Source of the DNA: Candidatus Latescibacterota bacterium
Lineage (GTDB): Bacteria > Latescibacterota > UBA2968 > UBA8231
Direction: 5' to 3'
Length of the DNA stretch: 64,000 nt
Assembly (NCBI GenBank): GCA_964291625.2
Contig: OZ220089.1
Location: 4,128,001 to 4,192,000, forward strand
In this document: positions 17,347 through 27,005 of the stretch, piece after piece
Numbering within the stretch: the first letter of the stretch is position 1
Layout of the letters: the number at the start of each line of letters is the position of its first letter
Program-made: the position numbers and the translations under genes
The notes under the pieces: generated by a model
Database searches by the model: none
Told to the model about the DNA's origin: nothing
The model's input: the letters and a program-made list of their open reading frames with translations, nothing else

Positions 17347-18926
17347 TGTCCGCGGGCCAGACGATCGTGGTCCTCGGGGCCGGGGTCCTCGCCCTGGCCG
17401 TGCTGGGGCTCGGCTTCATCTCCGGATGGCTGGTCAACAGCCGGCGCCGGGGAAACCGGCTCGGGTCCTCGCGCGAGGAGGGGGCGCGCATCCTCGAGGA
17501 GGCCCGGGCCGAGGCCGAGACCCTGAAGAAGACCGCCACCCTCGAGGCCAAGGACGAGTGGCGGCGCCAGCGCGAGCCCCTGGACCTCGACCTGGAGAAC
17601 GCCAGGCGCTCGCTGCGGCAGTTCGAGACCGATCTGCAGGAGCGGGAGCAACAACTCGACCGCAAGGTCGATGTCCTCGAGAGCAAGGAACGCAGCCTCC
17701 TCAAGACCGAGCAGGACCAGTCCCGGAGGGAGGAGTCGATCACGGCCGAGGAAGCCCGCGTCGGCGACATGACGCGGCAGCAGCGGCAGCGGCTCGAGGA
17801 GATCGCCGGCCTGAGCATGCCCGAGGCGCGCCGCCTCCTCATCGAGCAGCAGGAGGCGAGGGCGCGCCAGTACGCGGCGCGCAAGGTACGGCAGATCAAG
17901 GATCACGCCATCGCCAACGCCAACCGCGAGGCCAAGGAGATCATCGCCCGGTCGATCCAGCGCTTCGCCGGCCGGTTGGCCATGGAGAGCACGGTCTCCG
18001 ACGTCTCCCTGCCCTCCGACGACATGAAAGGCCGCATCATCGGGCGCGACGGCCGCAACATCCGTTCCTTCGACATGACCACCGGCGTCGAGGTCATCGT
18101 CGACGACACGCCCGGCGTGGTCATGCTCTCCAGCTTCGATCCCCTGCGCCGGGAGGTCGCCAAGAACACGTTGGAGAAGCTGATCCTCGACGGCCGCATT
18201 CACCCCGGCCGGATCGAGGAGGTCTACACCAAGTGCCAGGAGGACGCGGAGGAGCTGATTCGTGAGTCCGGTTCGCAGGCGGCCTTCGATCTCGGCATCC
18301 ACGACATGGCCGAGCCTCTTCTGGAGCACTTGGGAAAGCTGCGTTTCCGCACCAGCTACGGGCAGAACCTGCTGGTCCACAGCAAGGAGGTCGGGCTCCT
18401 GGCCGGCATGATGGCCGAGGAGCTCGACATGGATGTCGCCCTGGCGCGGCGCGCCGGCTTGCTCCACGACGTGGCCAAGGCCCTCGACCAGGAAGTCGGC
18501 TCCGATCCCGCCCAGGCCAGCGCGGCCCTGGCCCGCAAGTGCGGCGAGAGTTCCGAGGTGGTGGAGGTGATCGAGAACCAAGTCCCGCACCTGCCCGGCC
18601 GCTCGGCCCTGTCCATCCTCGTGGAGGCCGCCGACGAGATCTCCACCAACCGGCCCGGCGCCCTCAAGGGGAAGGTGGAGGACTACATCCGCCGCATGCA
18701 CAACATCGAGGAGATCGCCCTCGACCATCCAGGCGTGCAGCACGCCTTCGCGCTGCAGAACGGCCGGGAGGTCCGCGTCCTCGTGGACAGCGGTGCCGTC
18801 GACGACGCCTATGCCGACCAGCTCGCCGACGAGATCGCCGGCGACCTGGAGGAGGAACTCGGTCAGCACGGCCAGATCAGGGTCCTCGTCATCCGCGAGA
18901 TCCGCGCCGTCCACTTCGCCCGCTAG
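17346..18926 (+). CDS. rny: Ribonuclease Y (divergent HD domain)
   Basis: N-terminal TM, coiled coil, KH (MKGRIIGRDGRNIR), RTSYGQN, LLHD, RPGA. Confidence 0.92.
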   Translation: MSAGQTIVVLGAGVLALAVLGLGFISGWLVNSRRRGNRLGSSREEGARILEEARAEAETLKKTATLEAKDEWRRQREPLDLDLENARRSLRQFETDLQEREQQLDRKVDVLESKERSLLKTEQDQSRREESITAEEARVGDMTRQQRQRLEEIAGLSMPEARRLLIEQQEARARQYAARKVRQIKDHAIANANREAKEIIARSIQRFAGRLAMESTVSDVSLPSDDMKGRIIGRDGRNIRSFDMTTGVEVIVDDTPGVVMLSSFDPLRREVAKNTLEKLILDGRIHPGRIEEVYTKCQEDAEELIRESGSQAAFDLGIHDMAEPLLEHLGKLRFRTSYGQNLLVHSKEVGLLAGMMAEELDMDVALARRAGLLHDVAKALDQEVGSDPAQASAALARKCGESSEVVEVIENQVPHLPGRSALSILVEAADEISTNRPGALKGKVEDYIRRMHNIEEIALDHPGVQHAFALQNGREVRVLVDSGAVDDAYADQLADEIAGDLEEELGQHGQIRVLVIREIRAVHFAR

Positions 18927-19039
18927 GCCGCCGGACCGAGGGAACTCGCAGCACTACGGGACCGGTGCTTACCTTTCCGGTTCTCCATCACCGATGTCCG
19001 ACCGCGGGTGCGCCCGCACCCGACCGGCAGGGACTTCGC

Positions 19040-19855
19040 TTGAGAATCCTCTTCGTCGCCGACATCTACGCCCGCCCCGGCCGCCGGGCCGCGGCCGAGT
19101 TCATCCCGAAGCTGATCCAGGAGCGGGACGTGCAGTTCTGCATCGCCAACGGCGAGAACGCCGCGGGCGGCTTCGGCCTGACCGACAACATCCGGCGCAA
19201 GCTCCACGCCTACGGCGTCGACGTGATCACCTCGGGAAACCACATCTGGAACCGGGCCGACTTCGTCGGCCGGCTGGACACCCTCGACCGGGTTCTGCGG
19301 CCCCTGAACTACCCCGGGGCGGCCCCCGGGTGCGGATCGACCGTCGCCGAGGCGCGCAACGGGCTGCCGGTGGCCGTCGTCAACCTGCAGGGGCGCACCT
19401 TCATGCCCGCCATCGATTGCCCCTTCGCCCGCGGGCGGGCCGAGGTCGACCGGCTGAGGGGACGGACGCCGGTCGTGTTCGTCGACTTCCACGCCGAAGC
19501 CACGGCGGAGAAGATCGCCCTCGGCTACCATCTCGACGGCCGTGCGTCGGCGGTCATCGGGACCCACACCCACGTGCAGACCGCCGACGAGCGCCTCCTT
19601 CCGGGGGGCACGGCCTACCTGACGGACGCCGGCATGACGGGGGTGCGCGAATCGGTCATCGGAACCCGCCGCGAGATCGCCGTTCGGCGGTTCCTCGACC
19701 AGGTGCCGGCGCGCTTCAAGCCGGCCGATGGGGTGCCCTGGTTCTGCGGCGCCCTGATCGAGGTGGACGACGCCAGCGGCATGGCCACCGGGATCGAGCG
19801 CCTTCAGATCCCCCTCACGGGCGCCGGCTCCGCCGACGTGGGGCACGAGGACTGA
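19040..19855 (+). CDS. ymdB: YmdB-like metallophosphoesterase
   Basis: NGENAAGG, TSGNH, DFHAEAT, GTHTHVQTAD, TDAGMTG; downstream of rny. Confidence 0.92.
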   Translation: MRILFVADIYARPGRRAAAEFIPKLIQERDVQFCIANGENAAGGFGLTDNIRRKLHAYGVDVITSGNHIWNRADFVGRLDTLDRVLRPLNYPGAAPGCGSTVAEARNGLPVAVVNLQGRTFMPAIDCPFARGRAEVDRLRGRTPVVFVDFHAEATAEKIALGYHLDGRASAVIGTHTHVQTADERLLPGGTAYLTDAGMTGVRESVIGTRREIAVRRFLDQVPARFKPADGVPWFCGALIEVDDASGMATGIERLQIPLTGAGSADVGHED

Positions 19856-19856
19856 G

Positions 19857-21077
19857 ATGAGCGGCGCCTCCGAGGCCTTCGCCGGCCCCCTCAGCGTCTC
19901 CGACGTCACCGCCCGCGTCCGCCAGGCCCTGGAGGAGGCCCTGCCGTTCTGCTGGGTGGAGGGCGAGATCTCGGAGCTGGCCCGGCCGGCTTCCGGGCAC
20001 ATCTACATGAGCCTCGCCGACGAGCGCAGCCAGCTCGGCTGCGTGATGTTCCGCTCCTACGCCTCGCAGCTCCGGTTCGATCCGGAGCCGGGGATGAAGG
20101 TCCTCGCCTACGGGAACCTCTCCGTGTACGAGCGCGGTGGACGCTACCAGTTCTACGTCTACCGCCTGCGCCCCTCCGGCGTCGGCGAGATGGCCCTGGC
20201 CTTCGAGGAGCTGCGCGCGCGCCTGGCGGAGGAGGGGCTCTTCGAAGCGCGGCACAAGCGCCCCCTGCCGGACTATCCCCGCGCCGTGGGCGTCGTCACC
20301 TCGCCGACGGGGGCCGCCATCCGCGACATCGTGCAGGTCCTGCGGCGCCGGGCCCCCGGCCTCCCCGTGGTGCTGGCGCCGGCGCGCGTCCAGGGAGCGG
20401 GCTCGCCGGGCGAGATCGCCGCCGCCGTCGAGCGGCTCAATCGCTTCGGAGGCGTCGACGTCGTCATCGTCGGCCGCGGCGGGGGCTCGCCGGAGGATCT
20501 GTGGCCGTTCAATGACGAAGGCGTGGCCCGGGCGATCTATTCGTCGGCCCTTCCCGTGGTGACCGCCGTGGGCCACGAGATCGACCACACCATCGCCGAT
20601 TACGTGGCCGACGTGCGCGCCTCCACGCCTTCGGTGGCGGCCGAGCTGGTCACGCGTGAGCGCGTCCTCCTGCGGGAGCGTCTCGACGACCGGCGCGGGC
20701 GGCTGCTGCGGGCGGTGCAGGCGCGCCTGGATCACAACCGCCGGCGCCTCGAGGGGTTGCGCCCCGCCCGGCTGGCCGTCCGCCTGGCCGATGGCGTCGA
20801 CCAGCGGTCCCAGAGCCTCGACGAGTCCCGCGCCCGGCTGGCGGCAGCCCTCGACAGCTGCCTGGGTTCCCACCGCGACCGCTTCGATCGGTCCCTGCTG
20901 CGCCTCGACGCGCGCAACCCCCTGCGCAGCCTCGCCGGCGGATTCGCCTATTGCCAGCGCGAGCGCGACGGCCGCAGGGTGCGCGCGGCCGCCGAGCTGC
21001 AGCCGGGGGAGCGCCTGCGCCTGCGCTTCGCCGAGGGAGCGGCGCGATGCCAGGTGGAGGAGGTGGAGAGAGAGTGA
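19857..21077 (+). CDS. xseA: Exodeoxyribonuclease VII large subunit
   Basis: WVEGEIS..SGHIY, TGAAIRD, RGGGS.EDLWPFN, GHEID. Confidence 0.96.
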   Translation: MSGASEAFAGPLSVSDVTARVRQALEEALPFCWVEGEISELARPASGHIYMSLADERSQLGCVMFRSYASQLRFDPEPGMKVLAYGNLSVYERGGRYQFYVYRLRPSGVGEMALAFEELRARLAEEGLFEARHKRPLPDYPRAVGVVTSPTGAAIRDIVQVLRRRAPGLPVVLAPARVQGAGSPGEIAAAVERLNRFGGVDVVIVGRGGGSPEDLWPFNDEGVARAIYSSALPVVTAVGHEIDHTIADYVADVRASTPSVAAELVTRERVLLRERLDDRRGRLLRAVQARLDHNRRRLEGLRPARLAVRLADGVDQRSQSLDESRARLAAALDSCLGSHRDRFDRSLLRLDARNPLRSLAGGFAYCQRERDGRRVRAAAELQPGERLRLRFAEGAARCQVEEVERE

Positions 21078-21355
21078 GCAGCGACAACCGGGATTCCGCC
21101 TCCAGCTTCGAGGCGGCCATGGAGCAGCTGGAGGACTGCGTCGCCCGCCTCGAGTCGGGGGAGCTCGGTCTCGACGAGTCCCTGGAGGTCTTCGAGCGCG
21201 GCATCGCCGCGTCCCGGGCCTGTGCCCGGCTGCTGGACGAGACGCGCAAGCGCGTCCAGGTGCTGGTGGAGAAGGCCGGCGGCGACTTTCAGCTGGGTTT
21301 CCTCGACGCCGAGGGCGAGGCCGCCCTCGGCGGGGACCCCGGCGATGACGCCTGA
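21074..21355 (+). CDS. xseB: Exodeoxyribonuclease VII small subunit
   Basis: FEAAMEQLE..LESGELGLDESL..FERG; GTGA overlap with xseA. Confidence 0.93.
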   Translation: MSSDNRDSASSFEAAMEQLEDCVARLESGELGLDESLEVFERGIAASRACARLLDETRKRVQVLVEKAGGDFQLGFLDAEGEAALGGDPGDDA

Positions 21356-21373
21356 TCCGGGCGCCGCCGCGCC

Positions 21374-21919
21374 ATGCTCGCCAATGCCCTGAGCCTGCTG
21401 CGCATCGCCCTGGCGCCGGTGGTCCTCTACAGCCTCCGCGAGGACGGCGGCCAGGCCGGCCTGGGCACCCTGGCCCTCCTCGGCCTCGCCGGAGCGACCG
21501 ATCTCCTCGACGGCATCGCCGCCCGCCGCCTCGGCCAGGTCTCCCGCCTGGGGCGGATCCTCGACCCGGTGGCGGACAAGATCCTCATCCTCTCCGTGTG
21601 CGCCGCCCTCGTCGCCTGGCGGTCTTTCCCGGCGTGGCTGCTGCTGCTGCAACTGGCGAGGGATGCCGCCATCCTCGGGGCCGGCGCTTTCCTGCTGCGC
21701 CGCCGCCGCGTCATGAGCCCGAGCCTGGCGGGAAAGGCGGCGATGTGGGCGATGTTCCTGACGGTCCTGGCGTACATGGCCGCGCCGGGAGAACCGCCCA
21801 TCTCCTCGTGGCTCCAGGGGATCACCGCCGGCCTGCTGCTGCTGTCGGCGATGGGATACGCCCGTCGGCTGATCGCCTTCCTGCGGGAGGCGGACCCCGG
21901 GGCGGAACCTGTCCGCTGA
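21374..21919 (+). CDS. CDP-alcohol phosphatidyltransferase (PgsA/cardiolipin synthase-like)
   Basis: DLLDGIAARRLGQVSRLGRILDPVADK signature. Confidence 0.9.
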   Translation: MLANALSLLRIALAPVVLYSLREDGGQAGLGTLALLGLAGATDLLDGIAARRLGQVSRLGRILDPVADKILILSVCAALVAWRSFPAWLLLLQLARDAAILGAGAFLLRRRRVMSPSLAGKAAMWAMFLTVLAYMAAPGEPPISSWLQGITAGLLLLSAMGYARRLIAFLREADPGAEPVR

Positions 21920-21920
21920 C

Positions 21921-22049
21921 TCAGTTCGGCCGTACGAGGCGGCGCCAGAACCGGGCCGCCTCGGCCAGCTTCCTCCGCTCCGAGAGCAGGCGCAGCATCT
22001 CCACGACCTTCAAGCGCAGGGCCAGCTTCCGCAGGTCGACTCCGGACAA
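21921..22049 (-). CDS. Putative 42-aa basic small protein
   Basis: AAGGGGA RBS-like sequence then TTG; high-GC3 codons; fills the gap between two genes. Confidence 0.45.
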   Translation of the reverse strand: MSGVDLRKLALRLKVVEMLRLLSERRKLAEAARFWRRLVRPN

Positions 22050-22072
22050 GGCCGCTTCCCCTTCCGCCGGCC

Positions 22073-25000
22073 TCAGTCGAAGAGGCGCGTCTGCGTGAGC
22101 CGCTCTCCGGCGGAGAGCAGGTCCGAGGGGAAGAACCCCAGCCCGAAGTAGTAGCGCCACTTGTCGATCTTCGGCGGTGCGTCGGGGTCCCCGGGATCGA
22201 GTCCCAGCTCCCTGGCCGCCTCCCGCTGCAACCGGTCCCGGCTCAGGGGATGGGCCACCTGCACGTACGCCCGCAGGGGGATCTGGTAGCTGGTGAACAA
22301 CTCGACGCGCAACTCGGCGCCCACGTCGGACAGGTAGTCCTCCTCGATGACTCGCAGGAAGTCGCTCACCGCGTTGCGGGGATCGAGATCGAGGTCGCCG
22401 AGGGAGAGGGAGTTGTCGCTGGAGACCATGCCGGTCTCGGCGAAGATCTCGGCGTAGGCCTTGGCGAAGGTGAAGTTGAGGAAGCTCGCGTTCATCCGGC
22501 GCAGGATCGGGAAGCTGTACGCGGCCCTCCCGTACAGGAGCTTGGACCCCGAGCGGAAGAAGTAGGGATAGCCGCTGAGGAAGTTCTGGCCGCCGATGTA
22601 GTAGCGCAGGGGCCAGTAGAAACGGCCCTCGAAGGGCCCCCCTCCCGCCACGAACCCCGGCTTCAGCCGGAAGTTGTGGTAGGCTCCGAGGACCTCCAGG
22701 GACAGCCGGTTGTAGAACGGCAGGCCGATGCGCTCGGTGTATGAGAAGACGTACTCGTTGAGCGTCACGGGGCGCCGTTTGGCGTCGAAGATGTCGAAGG
22801 GCGTGTCCAGCAGCGCGGACTGCTCGTCCAGATCGTACAGGGAGTCGGCGAGGGCCGCCTTCCGGTAGCGGTAGACCAGGGTCGCGGCGCGGCCCGGTGG
22901 GGTTGATCAGGTAGTCCTTGGTCGGCTTCAGGTGGCGATGGCGCCAGACGAGGCTCAGGTCGTGGGCGTCGAAGAAGTCGAGCCCCCGGTACCAGGTGTG
23001 GGGGTCGTCCGGACCGATGAGCAGCGAGTCCTGCTTGACCAGCTCGGGGGGCAGGGAACCGGAGATGTCGGTGCTGTCCTGGACGATGAAGGTCTGGTAC
23101 TGGTAGCGGCGCCGCTCGAGGTCCCAGCTCTCGGAGTAGTCCCGCCGCAGGTACTGCAGGATGAACTCGTGGCGCCGCCCGAGGGGCACCTCGAGGCCGA
23201 AGCCGCTGAGGTTGAAGACGTCCTTGAAGAGGTTCTTCCGGGTCTCGATATCGTAGATGTGCCGGGACGCGTCGGGGATGAGGAAGGCCGTGGAGTCGCT
23301 GGTCACGGCGTAGACGGTCCCCGGCGCGAGGACGGTGTCCCGTCTCGACTCGGTGCTGATGACGTAGTCGATCTCGCGCCTGCGGGCGAAGGCGTACATG
23401 GAGGGGTTGAAGGCCAGGTTGTTGCCCTGGGCGGGAAAGAGCCGGCGCTCGTAGAGCAGCAGGAGGTCGGTGTTGAGGTCGGTCCTTCTGCGGAAGTTCT
23501 TGCCGAGGATCCCCTGGGCCATGAAGTCCCCGCCGAAGACGTCGGTGGTCAGGAGGAAGGCGCCGGCGCTGACCTGGTTGAGGCCGAACTGGTTGCCGAT
23601 GAAGGTCGGACCCACCTGCAGCAAGGGGACGAAGTCGTACAGGCGGCGCCCGTAGGGCTGGGTGATGGTGTACTCCTCGGACAGCTTGGGCAGCTCGACC
23701 TTGCTCTGGTAGTCCCGCCGAAGCGGCGCGGGCCAGGCCACCTCGCGCTCGAAGGCGCCGAGCTCGAAGGCGCGCAGGTCGAAGTCGTTGGCGTGGTAGC
23801 CGGCGTAGGCCACGCGGCCGTCGGCGGAGACGGTGGGCGTGAAGGCGCCGCCCACGACGTTGGTGATCTGCACCACGCCGCCGGAGGCGAGGTCGTGGCG
23901 GTACAGGTTGAAGATGCCGGTGCGGTCCGAGGAGAAGACGAAGCCGCTGCCGTCGGGCAGCCACCAGGGGTCGCGCTCGTCGGACCGCGAGGCCAGGACC
24001 AGGCGGAAACCGGAGGAGTCGGCCGGGGGGTAGTTGAGACTGTCGGACCATGCGCCACCGTTGCCGGCGGCCCCGGAATCGGCGGCGGCGCTGTCGGCGG
24101 CGGCCGGGCCCCGGCCCTTGAGCTTGCGGTCGCGCAGTCCCCAGTCCTTGGGCTTGGCCGGGCTGTCGGCGCGCATCATGGCGATGTCCCGGTCCTGCCC
24201 CCGGAAGATGCTGAAGAGCAGCCACTCCCCGTCGGGCGACCAGCGCGGACTGTAGATCTGGGCGCCGTCCTCGAAGTCGGTGAGCTGTCGCAGCCCGGTG
24301 CCGTCCACCTCCATCAGGCAGAGGTTCGAGTTGCCGTCCCGCAGCCGGGTGAAGGCGACCTGCCTGCCGTCGGGGCTCACGTGGGGGTCGCGGGCCCGCA
24401 GCCGGGCGCTGAGCCGGTGCTCCTTCTCGGATCCGAGGTCGTACACGGCCAGGTCGTTGTGACCGCGGCGGTTGCGCAGGAAGTAGACCTTGTCGCCGTC
24501 GGGGGACCAGGAAACGCGCGTGTCCACCCAGCCCTTGAGGGAGCGGCGCTTGCCGGTATCGAGGTCGTAGATGATCAGCTGGGGGATGCGGTAGTCGCGG
24601 TCCTCGCTGCTGATGTAGGCCAGCTTGCGGCCGTCCGGCGAGTAGGCGGGGTGGTAGTCGAGGACGCCGCCGTTGACGTCGCCCAGGTCGGTGCCCTCGA
24701 AGAAGCCCTCGGTGAGGATCCCGTCGACCTGCTTGTCGTATTCCTCCCGCAGGAACCGCACCCAGTCGCGGTAGAGCTGGCCCGCCGACAGGCCCAGGAC
24801 CCGACGGATGGCGACTTCGAAGCTGAGAAAGCCCACGTGCTCCTGGAGTTCGTTCAGCTTGTCCCGGCCGTACTGGTGGGCGATGTAGATGCACAGGGCG
24901 AAGCCCTGGTTGTAGACCATCTCGGCGCGGTAGCCGCCGGTGCGGTTGCCGAGGGTCCCCAGCTCGTTGTAGCTGTGGAGGTCGTCCTCCAGCACCGCCA

Positions 25001-25568
25001 TGCGCAGGATCATGTCGCGGTGGGAGTCCCAGGTGTCCCAACCGAACTCGTAGGGACCCATCTGGGCGATGCCTTCGATCCACCACTTGGGGGTGTTCAG
25101 GTAATAGAGGGGAAAGCTGAAGGAGATGTCGGGGTTGGAGTCGAAGCGGCTGACCTGCACCAGGCCGAAGCGGAAGGGCCACTTCTTGCGCGCCTTGTCG
25201 ATGGTCATCACGTGGGTGATCTCGTGGGTGAGCACGTTGCGGATCCAGTCGTGCTCGCCGCGGATCTCCCAGTCGAGGTTGGAGGCCCAGATGTAGACGT
25301 CGTTGGTGTAGTCGGAGGCGGCGCCGTTGCCGTAGTCGGAGTCGTCGCGGACGCGGATGTGGATCGGCGCGTAGTCGTCGTAGTAGCCGAAGGCGGAGGC
25401 CAGGTGGGGGAAGACCTCCTCGGCGACCTCGGCCACGCGCCGGGCGGTGCGCTCGGTTCCGGGGGGGTAGGTGATGATGTAGTGATCGGTGCGGATGCTG
25501 CGCGACTGGGCGCCGGCGCCGACCGCGAGCAGAAGGACGGCGGCAGCCACCCGCAGGGAGGACTTCAA
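22073..25568 (-). pseudogene. Zn-peptidase + PD40/TolB-like beta-propeller + Omp85-like barrel protein, interrupted by one frameshift near 22894 (real lesion or sequencing error)
   Basis: Signal peptide, HEITH..EG gluzincin motif, repeated SPDG propeller motifs; removing one base at ACCGGGCCG joins the upstream frame to ORF 22073-22768 (LSGY loop motif, YYFGLGF terminal strand). Confidence 0.8.
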
Positions 25569-25606
25569 GAAGCGGCCTACCTTTCTGGTTTTACTGGAGT
25601 TATAGG

Positions 25607-25636
25607 TCAATCTGGTCGGCTTCAATCTGGTCGGCT
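25607..25636. repeat. Perfect 15-bp tandem direct repeat
   Basis: TCAATCTGGTCGGCT at 25607-25621 and 25622-25636. Confidence 0.9.
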
Positions 25637-25665
25637 AAGGTACTCGGGGGTGAAAAGGGAGTCAA
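25637..25665 (-). promoter_or_regulatory. Putative sigma70 promoter of the peptidase-propeller-barrel gene
   Basis: Minus strand TTGACT, 17 nt, TACCTT. Confidence 0.55.
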
Positions 25666-25693
25666 AGCCGGTCCGGGGCCTCGGGGGCGGCGC

Positions 25694-26926
25694 TCAAGCC
25701 CCGTACGCCTCGGCCACCTTGGCGACCGCCGCCACCGTGTCGGCCACCTCGGCCTCCCCCCAGTTCTCGTGGATGGCGAAGGAGAAGTGGCTCTCCACGG
25801 CCTCCACGGCGTTGGGGCAGGGGAACTGCGCGTTGCGATCGCCGCCGTACTCCGGCAGGCCCCAGGGGTAGTCGCCGGGCGGGAAGACCCGCCGCTGGCG
25901 GAACCAGTCGGCCTCGGCCACCAGGAACCGGTAGGAGGGGTTCACGGGGATGCCCTCGGCGGCCACGGCGCGGGCGAACAGGTCCTTGCCGACGGTGAAT
26001 CGATCCTCATCGACATGGACACGCTGAAACCAGTACACGGCCTCGGCGCCCGGGAGCTCCGGGGCGCAGTCGACGCCCCCGATCGACTCCAGGCCCGCGG
26101 CTACCGCCTGCGCCGCCCGGCGCCGTCCGGCGACGATCTCCGGCAGCCGCCGCAGTTGCGCCCGCCCCACCGCCGCGGCCAGGTCGTTGCCGTTGAGGTT
26201 GAGGCCGGCGCGCAGGTTGGTGCCGCCTTCCAGGCCGAGGGGCTTGCCGCGGTCGGCGAAGCGCTTGCAGCGCCAGCCGAGGTCCTCGTCGGTGGTGAAG
26301 ACGACCCCGCCCTGGGGTCCGGTGGCGTGATGCTTGCCGCTCATGGTGGAAAACACCCCCAGCGTGCCGAGGGTGCCGGCCATGCGCCCGCCGAAACGGG
26401 CTCCGTGGGCCTGGGCGCAGTCCTCGATCAGCGGCAGGCCGCGGTCCCGGGACAGCTCGAGGATGGCGTCCAGCTCCGCCGGCTCCCCGGCGATGTGGGC
26501 CACCACGATCGCCCGGGTGCGCGGGGACAGGACCGCCTCGATCTGCTCGGGGCCGGCGTTGAAGCTGCCGGGGGCGGCGTCGGCCACCACCGGCACCAGG
26601 TTGAGCAGCGGCACGGGCATGACGCCCCCGGGATCGCTGATCGGCGGCACCACCACCTCGGAGGCCGGCTCCAGCTCCAGGCCGCCGAGGGCGGCGTACA
26701 GCGCCGAGGTGCCCGAGTTCACCAGGTCGGCGAAGCCGCCTCCGTGGGCGGCGGCGAACTCGGCCTCGTAGGCCTGCTCCTCCGGGCCGCCGTAGCCGAT
26801 GGGGGAGCCGCTCTCGATCGCCCGGTCGAAGAGCCGCAGGGCGGCGTCTCTCTCGGCGGCGCCGAAGAGGGCACGGGGCGGGAAGGGAGTCTCTCGAAGG
26901 GGCTTTCCGCCGTCGATGGCCAGCAT
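25694..26926 (-). CDS. DegT/DnrJ/EryC1/StrS family PLP aminotransferase
   Basis: NSGTSAL, IEDCAQAHGA, FSTMSGKH (PLP Lys). Confidence 0.92.
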   Translation of the reverse strand: MLAIDGGKPLRETPFPPRALFGAAERDAALRLFDRAIESGSPIGYGGPEEQAYEAEFAAAHGGGFADLVNSGTSALYAALGGLELEPASEVVVPPISDPGGVMPVPLLNLVPVVADAAPGSFNAGPEQIEAVLSPRTRAIVVAHIAGEPAELDAILELSRDRGLPLIEDCAQAHGARFGGRMAGTLGTLGVFSTMSGKHHATGPQGGVVFTTDEDLGWRCKRFADRGKPLGLEGGTNLRAGLNLNGNDLAAAVGRAQLRRLPEIVAGRRRAAQAVAAGLESIGGVDCAPELPGAEAVYWFQRVHVDEDRFTVGKDLFARAVAAEGIPVNPSYRFLVAEADWFRQRRVFPPGDYPWGLPEYGGDRNAQFPCPNAVEAVESHFSFAIHENWGEAEVADTVAAVAKVAEAYGA

Positions 26927-26956
26927 GCACGCCTCCTGTCCGCGGCTCGGGTGGGG

Positions 26957-26965
26957 TGGTATAAT
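26957..26965 (+). promoter_or_regulatory. Extended -10 promoter element
   Basis: TGGTATAAT about 40 nt upstream of the glycosyltransferase start. Confidence 0.55.
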
Positions 26966-27005
26966 AAGCCGCTTCCCGCCAACCCGTCGCCAGATCCGGA
27001 GTGCC

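Noticed and set aside
17330-17360. 6S RNA downstream of zapA
   Set aside because: The zapA stop overlaps the rny start, leaving no room
21921-25625. 1234-aa ORF as a single protein
   Set aside because: Sequence after INPTG is out-of-frame nonsense; explained by a frameshift plus a separate small ORF
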